Shown piece after piece: positions 57,999-64,000 of a DNA stretch of 64,000 bases. Each line of letters opens with the position of its first letter. Positions within the stretch are counted from its first letter, which is position 1. The translations under genes and the position numbers were made by a program. The stretch is from a virus (taxonomy: Duplodnaviria > Heunggongvirae > Uroviricota > Caudoviricetes). Under the pieces are notes generated by a model that was not told the DNA's origin, searched no databases, and saw only the letters and a program-made list of their open reading frames with translations. The stretch is from IMG/VR virus record IMGVR_UViG_3300020049_016248, one strand, 5' to 3'.

Positions 57999-58321
57999 AA
58001 TCTGAAAAGTTAAAATATACTAAATATACTATTGGTAGTTTATTTGATGGTAAATTAGTTTTAGGTTTACTTTATGATAAACAAATGGATGAAGGTTATC
58101 TATTAGTTGCAGATGAAGAAAGCGGTTGGAATTGGAGTGCAGCAAAAGCATACGTACCTGAAGTTCAGCAGAGGTTTGAACAAAGTTATGACTTGGAGTG
58201 TGGTCGAAAAGTTTTGTGGAAATTTGTTTTGAGAGAACAAATTATGTTCTCAGATGAAATAGTAGATGAATCTTTTAGTAATATAGTTAACGAAATAAAC
58301 AATGAGTTATACGATAAATAG
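57995..58321 (+). CDS. paralog-array protein with IxxEL tag
   Basis: YTIGSLF..LVLGL..YLLV; ends FSNIVNEINNELYDK. Confidence 0.7.
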   Translation: MKSEKLKYTKYTIGSLFDGKLVLGLLYDKQMDEGYLLVADEESGWNWSAAKAYVPEVQQRFEQSYDLECGRKVLWKFVLREQIMFSDEIVDESFSNIVNEINNELYDK

Positions 58322-58598
58322 TTTTTACAAAGATGGTGGAAATCTTAAACGAATTTTAGGAGTGTATGTTAATTCAACTCGTGATTCTGGAGCTATATTA
58401 CTTCCTAATAGTGATGGTTGGACTTATGAAGTAGGTGTAGAGCGTAATTGGACTCCAGGGTTTACAGTAGAATATAGTACTTGGTTGAAAGAAGGTACTC
58501 GTGTTGCTTGGATAGTTGTTGACATTGGAGATATATATTTTTCAAGTCAAGAATTTGAATTTACAATTAATCAAATAAATTTAGAACTAAACTCATGA
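58302..58598 (+). CDS. paralog-array protein with IxxEL tag
   Basis: YTINSFY..RILGV..AILL; ends FEFTINQINLELNS. Confidence 0.7.
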   Translation: MSYTINSFYKDGGNLKRILGVYVNSTRDSGAILLPNSDGWTYEVGVERNWTPGFTVEYSTWLKEGTRVAWIVVDIGDIYFSSQEFEFTINQINLELNS

Positions 58599-59335
58599 AA
58601 GCATTTTTAGAAACATTAGGTGAAGAGTATTTAGACGACTTTGTCTACTGTTCTGTTTTACCTTTAAAAGATTTAGGTTATACAATTGTAAAATTTGATG
58701 GTGCTGATTTAGAAAACACACTTTTGAATAAACGAATTACATCTTCAGATATTATTATTGGTTCTGTAGAAGCAACGAGTGCATTTTTTCAAGAGCTTAA
58801 AATTCAAGAACCTAAATATTTAGGTTACCCAGAAGAGTTAGAACAATACTTAGGTAGAACGATTAGTAAAATTACATTAGAAGAATGTAAACAATGGAGT
58901 TATCCTTTTTTCATAAAACCGGCTGATAAAATTAAGTTATTTTCAGGTAGTTTGATTGAAAAAGAAAGTACAATAAACTTCTTAAAAGAATATTGTAATG
59001 TCCCAGGTGAAACTTTAGTTTATTTAAGTGATCTTATTAAAATTAAGTCAGAATATAGAGTCTTCGTTTACAAAGGGGAGATCAAAGGTATTCAATATTA
59101 TCTAGGTGATTTTAAAACATTCCCTTCAATAGATAAAATTGAAGAAATGGTAAGAACTTACACTAGTTCACCAGTAGCTTACACGTTAGATGTTGGTGTA
59201 ACTGATAAAAATGAAACAGTTTTAATTGAAGTGAATGACTTTTGGGCTATAGGGTCATATGGATTTGATGCTAAAACTTATGTTAAGATGATTATTTCAC
59301 GATTTCAACAAATAATTTTACAACATGTCTGTTAA
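58595..59335 (+). CDS. ATP-grasp domain protein (DUF4343 / R2K-like)
   Basis: YPEEL..YLGR, FFIKP..KLFSG, SEYRVFV, YTLDVG, LIEVND. Confidence 0.85.
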   Translation: MKAFLETLGEEYLDDFVYCSVLPLKDLGYTIVKFDGADLENTLLNKRITSSDIIIGSVEATSAFFQELKIQEPKYLGYPEELEQYLGRTISKITLEECKQWSYPFFIKPADKIKLFSGSLIEKESTINFLKEYCNVPGETLVYLSDLIKIKSEYRVFVYKGEIKGIQYYLGDFKTFPSIDKIEEMVRTYTSSPVAYTLDVGVTDKNETVLIEVNDFWAIGSYGFDAKTYVKMIISRFQQIILQHVC

Positions 59336-59675
59336 ATCAAAACCATATAAAATCGGAGATATGTTAAATGGCAAGTTAATTGTTGGGACGTGGTTCCAAG
59401 AATCTACTAAATTTACTAATTCAAGTTGTTTTCTTTTATTGAAATTTCTCGACCCTTCTGAAAAAAATTTGAATGTTGATGGTAGGAATGGGTTTGTTTT
59501 AAGTGAATATGCAATTGAAAAGTGGAATGATTTAGAGAGTGTTACATATTATGTTGATTGGAATTTAGTACGTTACCATGACAATGTTATCTGGACATCA
59601 GTATCAATGGACGTATTCCCTTTAATACAAATTGAGATAATAATCAAAGCAATAAATGATGAGTTGAATGAGTAA
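59325..59675 (+). CDS. paralog-array protein with IxxEL tag
   Basis: YKIGDML..LIVGT..FLLL; ends IEIIIKAINDELNE. Confidence 0.7.
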   Translation: MSVKSKPYKIGDMLNGKLIVGTWFQESTKFTNSSCFLLLKFLDPSEKNLNVDGRNGFVLSEYAIEKWNDLESVTYYVDWNLVRYHDNVIWTSVSMDVFPLIQIEIIIKAINDELNE

Positions 59676-60072
59676 AGGTCAAACGTATAAGATAAATAGT
59701 TTATACAAAGGAGCTATTGTTTTAGGGGTTTACAAGCATTATACTAGAGATATCTTTTTTACAAAAGGAAGTCGTTTTAAGACTTCATCTTGGATTTTAG
59801 TTCTTGATAACGTTTTAGTAACTGAAACATTAACTGGTAGTATATTACTTGAGAGTGTTTGGGACACTTATAAAGCAGGTTCAAACCCTTTTCAAATTGT
59901 TGAATTTTTACCTGCAGAGGAATTGGAAATACTCCAACTGTCAGGTGATTCAAAAGTAACATGGTTACCGATAAAAGAATATCAAGGTGAATCTGTTGGA
60001 TTTATTCAAACAGACAATCTAATATTAGAAATTGATAATGAATTAAAAGAATGGGAACAAGAAGATTTGTAA
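59668..60072 (+). CDS. paralog-array protein with IxxEL tag
   Basis: YKINSLY..IVLGV..WILV; TDNLILEIDNELKE near end. Confidence 0.7.
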   Translation: MSKGQTYKINSLYKGAIVLGVYKHYTRDIFFTKGSRFKTSSWILVLDNVLVTETLTGSILLESVWDTYKAGSNPFQIVEFLPAEELEILQLSGDSKVTWLPIKEYQGESVGFIQTDNLILEIDNELKEWEQEDL

Positions 60073-60782
60073 TGGGGGACATACATGGTGAAGCTGATAA
60101 ATTAAAAGCTGCATTGAAAGCTGTAAACTTTGACTATGAAAACGATGAACTAATACAATTAGGGGATATTGTAGACAGAGGTTTACAGAGCTACGAATGT
60201 GTTGAAGAATTATTAAAAATAAAAAAACTAATCTCAATAAAGGGTAACCATGACGTTTGTTTTTATGATTCAATAAGAACAGGTCGAGCTAATATTTTAT
60301 TCAATCAAGGTGGTAAGCAAACTTTACAATCGTACATAAGAAATTGCGACCCAGATAAAGAAATTTCTATTAAACTCTCTGAGTATTCTACAGATTTTGA
60401 TTATGACAATTACCCTATAACACATATTAATTTCTTTGCCAATCAAAAAAATTACTACCTTGATCAAGAAAATAACTTTTTTGTACACGGTGGTTTTGAT
60501 CGTCATAAGTTAGTTGAAGAAGAATCTGACCCAGAAGTATTCTACTGGGATAGAGATTTATTCTTAGCAGCTAAGAGCTATGCAAGTATGAAAAACAATA
60601 ATTATCCTTTTAAAATGAAAAATAATTTCAAAGAGGTTTTTATTGGACATACTCCAACGACATACTTTGAAGAAACAAAACCTATTAATGCTGCAAACAT
60701 TTGGAATTTAGATACAGGTTGTGGTAAAGGAGGATTATTAACGATTATGAATGTAAAAACAAAAGAATATGTCCAAGTCTAG
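60051..60782 (+). CDS. metallophosphoesterase (lambda NinI/PrpA-type Ser/Thr phosphatase)
   Basis: GDIHG, GDIVDRG, GNHD, VHGG, GHTP, LDTG. Confidence 0.92.
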   Translation: MGTRRFVMGDIHGEADKLKAALKAVNFDYENDELIQLGDIVDRGLQSYECVEELLKIKKLISIKGNHDVCFYDSIRTGRANILFNQGGKQTLQSYIRNCDPDKEISIKLSEYSTDFDYDNYPITHINFFANQKNYYLDQENNFFVHGGFDRHKLVEEESDPEVFYWDRDLFLAAKSYASMKNNNYPFKMKNNFKEVFIGHTPTTYFEETKPINAANIWNLDTGCGKGGLLTIMNVKTKEYVQV

Positions 60783-61095
60783 AAGAGGGAGACCTAAAAA
60801 AGGTTTAGAATTAATTAAAACTGTTAATATAATAGGTTTAGAATTATTAGAAAAAGATTTTATAAAAGGGGAACATGTTTATTATATTCCTCCACATCTT
60901 ATGAACACTGAATTGTACCTAACACATCCTCAAGTTGAATCAGGTATTGTAAGCTCAATGAACAAACAATATGTTTTTGTTCGTTTCTTTGAAGTAGATG
61001 GGGAAAAAGGTCTTGTAAGTTTACAGGAAACAGGAAAAGCATGTTCTAGGGATAATTTATTTCCAATGTCTATTAGAGATATAATTCCATATTAA
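60769..61095 (+). CDS. hypothetical protein with AT-hook-like RRGRPKK
   Basis: motif plus SH3-like remainder. Confidence 0.55.
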   Translation: MSKSRRGRPKKGLELIKTVNIIGLELLEKDFIKGEHVYYIPPHLMNTELYLTHPQVESGIVSSMNKQYVFVRFFEVDGEKGLVSLQETGKACSRDNLFPMSIRDIIPY

Positions 61096-61120
61096 CCAAT
61101 GAAAACAAATAATAAATAAA

Positions 61121-63599
61121 ATGGCAAAAAAACAATCGTCAACATCTCAGTTAGGACATAACTATGTCTACCATTATAATGAATTTGAATGTAAATGGTA
61201 TTGCATTCACAGAGATAGTTATATGAATTATTGGAATAAAAATTTTAAACATGATGACCGTCTTTGGACTTCAGGTCAAACAGCAGAAGAAGCAGCTGAA
61301 AAAATGTTAAAACATCCAGTTAGAAAAAAGAAAGAAGCTTTATAATGATACTACACATATCTTTATTTATTGTAGCATGGATTTTATTGTTTCTTATCAA
61401 CATACAAATGTATAAATTGTATCGTAGGAGAGAAAATTTCTTCTACCCAAGTGTACTGTTTTGTTTTCTTCATATTGTAGGAACTCTTTTACTTTTAATT
61501 CTTTTAATTGATACTTACAATGTATTTAGTAAAATTTTAAATTATTTTAAGAAATAAAAATGATTGAATGTATATTTGAAGAATTGAAAGTAGGAGATGA
61601 AGTAGTAGATTTAGAATCTAACACTGGGGTAGTAGATAGTATTGGTGATATTCATAATATTTTTGTCTTATACGGTGAACAAGGTAACCTTGGAAGTGGT
61701 TTACATTGTTTAGATAAGAGCTGTAGTCATTATGACCCATTGTTTAAATTAAAACCACAATTAACATGACATTAGAAGAATTGATTGCACAAGAACTTTA
61801 CTCAGATGTAAAGTTAGAAGATGCATTAAAATATGTAGAAGCTGATAAGCAAAACGGTAAACACTTATATTCAATGAATGAAGTAATTCGTTGTATGAAA
61901 TCAGCTCTAAGTAATAAAATAAATTTACCTGTCGTGAAACATACGAGAGATTTTTCTTCTTTTCAAGAAGGAAAAATTTATTCAACAGTAGGAGCTTGCC
62001 CAGAACCTTTTTTAATTAAAAAGATTGTTACTGTTGAAAGAAAAGGTGGGTCAAAAGAAATTGTAAAGTTTATTGGAGAGTATGTTAATAGACCTAATTT
62101 AGGTTTATGTCCGATAAACCCTGAATTGTTAAACTCTAAAGTGAAATAAAATGGATTTAAACCTTGACCCTAATAGTGAAATTATAATAGGATGTATTCC
62201 TATTGTTTTACAAGACTTTCCACCTGCTGATTATAAAAACCCTTTTATAGGGAAATGTGAAAATTGTGATAAAGACATTTGGATGAGTGAAAAGAAAAAA
62301 CAAGTTAAATTAGATCATCCGAAAGCAAAGTGTTTATGCATGTTTTGTTGTGCTAAAGTAGTAGCAACTGCAGATAAAAATGAATTTACAGTTCGTAATA
62401 TAGGTGAAGGTAAGAGTCCTTCTACCCCTGGTGAAGATTTAGAAATGTAAAAAAAAATAAAATGAGAACTCCAAAACCAAAAAGCAAATTAGTAAATAAA
62501 ATAGGTAAATTTACCCCAAAATTAGTTCCAGAACCGAAATCAGAACCAGGGTTACTTTGGGTTGATGAAAAAGCACAAGAAGAAGATGAAGATCAACCTT
62601 TTAATACATTATCATCACTTGGAAGAGGAGCGACAGATACATTTGTTACAGAGAATTTAATTGTTAAAGGTAACATGACTCCTACATTACCACCACAAGT
62701 TTATTATACAAATTTAAGGGTACAGATAGAAAACTATCATGGAACAGGGTTGTATTACCCACCATTATCCTTAAATCTCGGTGAAGTTGTTGTCAGTCAA
62801 TCTACCTGCTCATCTTATGACAGTTATGGTTCACTCACAACTGTAACAACTTTAACAATCGGGACACCTTGCTTAATTCATGATTTTGCATTAGAGAATG
62901 AAATAAAAAGACACACTCACACACGTGATGCTTTACTCCAAGAGCAAGAATATGTAATTAAAAAATTAAAAGCAGAGATATCAACTACGCAAGATCTTTT
63001 AAGTTTAGCTAAAACAGTTCTAAAAGATCATAACTTAGAAGATCAATTGTTGATTGCTGAATTCACTAAGGGTGTAACTGATGAGTTGAATACATAAAGA
63101 AAATATTTTAATTTTAGCTCCTATGAAATATAATGTTAAAGCAACTTTAAAGAAAGTTAAAACCCTTAAAGGTAATCCGGTAAAACGAACAATCGTAAAG
63201 AAAAATAGTTTTAATGCAAATCTTTTTTTACAAAATTGTAATAAGCGTAGGAAATTAAAAAAAGGAACTGCAAAAACTTTAAAAGATTTAGTTACATTAA
63301 TGAATTTTGAATTACAATCATAAATGAAAAAAAAGAAAACAACTACACCATCGGGATGGCAGACAGTTTATGACGAAAGTCTTTTGAAAGGTTTAGAAGC
63401 TTTATTGTTACCTCTAGGTGCTGAAATGTTAGCCTCACCGCCTGAGTATCATGATGTTGCTGTTGACTTTCTTGAAGACTTCAAAGTTCATTACTGTGAA
63501 ACTTTAGATGCTAAAGGTCATAAGAAACCACGTAAGCAAAGTTATAAACAAGCTTTAAAACAAACCGTTAAAAGTATAAATGATGAGTTGAATGCTTGA
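61121..63599 (+). other. run of small hypothetical genes (61121, 61345 TM, 61560, 61766, 62151 Zn-finger, 62462, 63123, 63324); 62462 and 63324 carry the IxxEL tag
   Basis: tightly packed co-directional ORFs; ends IAEFTKGVTDELNT and LKQTVKSINDELNA. Confidence 0.65.
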
Positions 63600-63650
63600 G
63601 ATTATCTAAATTAATTACTAATTTTAAAGAAAACAATAAATTTTAACACA

Positions 63651-63830
63651 ATGGAATCATTTAATGAATTAAAAACACTAGTAGAATCTTTACAAGCAGA
63701 CGTTGAAAAGTTTTCTAGTGGAAACAATGCAGCAGGTACTCGTGTGAGAACAGGTTTACAATCTGTAAAAAAATTAGCTCAACAAATTCGTTTAGAAGTA
63801 CAAGATGCTAAAAAAGCTAAAAAAGCTTAA
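63651..63830 (+). CDS. histone H1-like protein Hc1 (Bacteroidetes type; not in ORF track)
   Basis: MESFNELKTLVESLQADVEKFSSGNNAAGTRVRTGLQSVKKLAQQIRLEVQDAKKAKKA; GNxAAGTRxR signature. Confidence 0.85.
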   Translation: MESFNELKTLVESLQADVEKFSSGNNAAGTRVRTGLQSVKKLAQQIRLEVQDAKKAKKA

Positions 63831-63836
63831 TAATGG

Positions 63837-63869
63837 TTAAGAGCTGGATAATGTCCAGCTCTTAATTTT
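63837..63869 (+). terminator. terminator
   Basis: TTAAGAGCTGGA-taatg-TCCAGCTCTTAA-TTTT. Confidence 0.8.
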
Positions 63870-63899
63870 ATTTTTTTCTCATAACCTAACCTCTTTTCT

Positions 63900-64000
63900 A
63901 TGAAACAGATTTATTCTAAATCAGATACGGTAATAAGCCGTGATATTAATATTGAACGCTACTTACGAGACATACGTCACTTTCAACCCTTAACAAGAGT
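63900..64000 (+). CDS. sigma-70 (RpoD/SigA-like) factor, N-terminal fragment running off the window
   Basis: MKQIYSKSDTVISRDINIERYLRDIRHFQPLTR resembles region 1.2 of the Bacteroidetes primary sigma (MRQLKI..TNR...LDKYL.EI....L). Confidence 0.65.
   Translation, partial: MKQIYSKSDTVISRDINIERYLRDIRHFQPLTR

Noticed and set aside
55928-60072. Diversity-generating retroelement or integron-like cassette array as the cause of the paralog array
   Set aside because: There is no reverse transcriptase or integrase in the window, no TR/VR pair differing at adenines, and no attC-like DNA repeat. The tag codons vary synonymously.
957-61985. Many short antisense or alternate-frame ORFs in the track (e.g. 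957-1235, 8630-8860, 14507-15949 set, 16723, 17518, 19567, 32732, 48274, 50979)
   Set aside because: They are shadows of long, well-supported genes on the opposite strand, with no motifs of their own.
1-64000. Stop-codon reassignment (TAG to Gln) as in some Bacteroidetes phages
   Set aside because: Genes are long under code 11 and several end in TAG immediately before the next gene or a terminator (7445, 36543, 38590, 44716, 49776, 55926). Only one in-frame TAG oddity (34096) was seen.
1-64000. CRISPR array, tRNA or rRNA genes
   Set aside because: No regularly spaced repeats or cloverleaf/T-loop signatures were found by eye. The Cas4-like nuclease at 41639 is a common stand-alone phage exonuclease.

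Overview
This is a 64-kb segment of a large, AT-rich, T4-like myovirus (jumbo-phage type). The host is almost certainly a Bacteroidetes/Flavobacteriia: starts lack Shine-Dalgarno sites and are A-rich, and the window carries a T9SS-type secreted protein, an Hc1-like histone and a Bacteroidetes SigA-like sigma fragment. The core morphogenesis genes are large terminase, portal, prohead protease, scaffold, major capsid, neck, tail terminator, sheath, tube and gp5/gp25/gp6 baseplate. They are interleaved with auxiliary genes (dCTP deaminase/dUTPase, AAA ATPase + ClpP, NUDIX, SNF2 helicase, macro domain, FolE, Cas4/RecB-like nuclease, glycosyltransferases, gp55-like sigma, PhoH, ATP-grasp, phosphatase) and clusters of small hypothetical genes. 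I saw no tRNA, rRNA or CRISPR array. The most striking unexplained signals are two separate protein tags. (1) About 18 otherwise unrelated, mostly early proteins end in the same amphipathic helix, hxxhhxxI(N/T/D)xELxx-stop. These include a hypervariable paralog array, an ankyrin-like protein, a His-less prohead-protease copy and a mini terminase-like ATPase. One hypothesis is that they are adaptors or substrates of a common hub, possibly the phage AAA(IGF)+ClpP protease. (2) Six late proteins carry EKLTGKKVKLxE, which looks like a capsid-targeting plus gp21-cleavage cassette for variable cargo domains. Candidate early (GTWGRAAGTT-N14-TATCTTTAGAT) and late (YTATTTAW) promoter motifs are also visible. 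All family assignments are from motif recognition by eye; no database searches were run.
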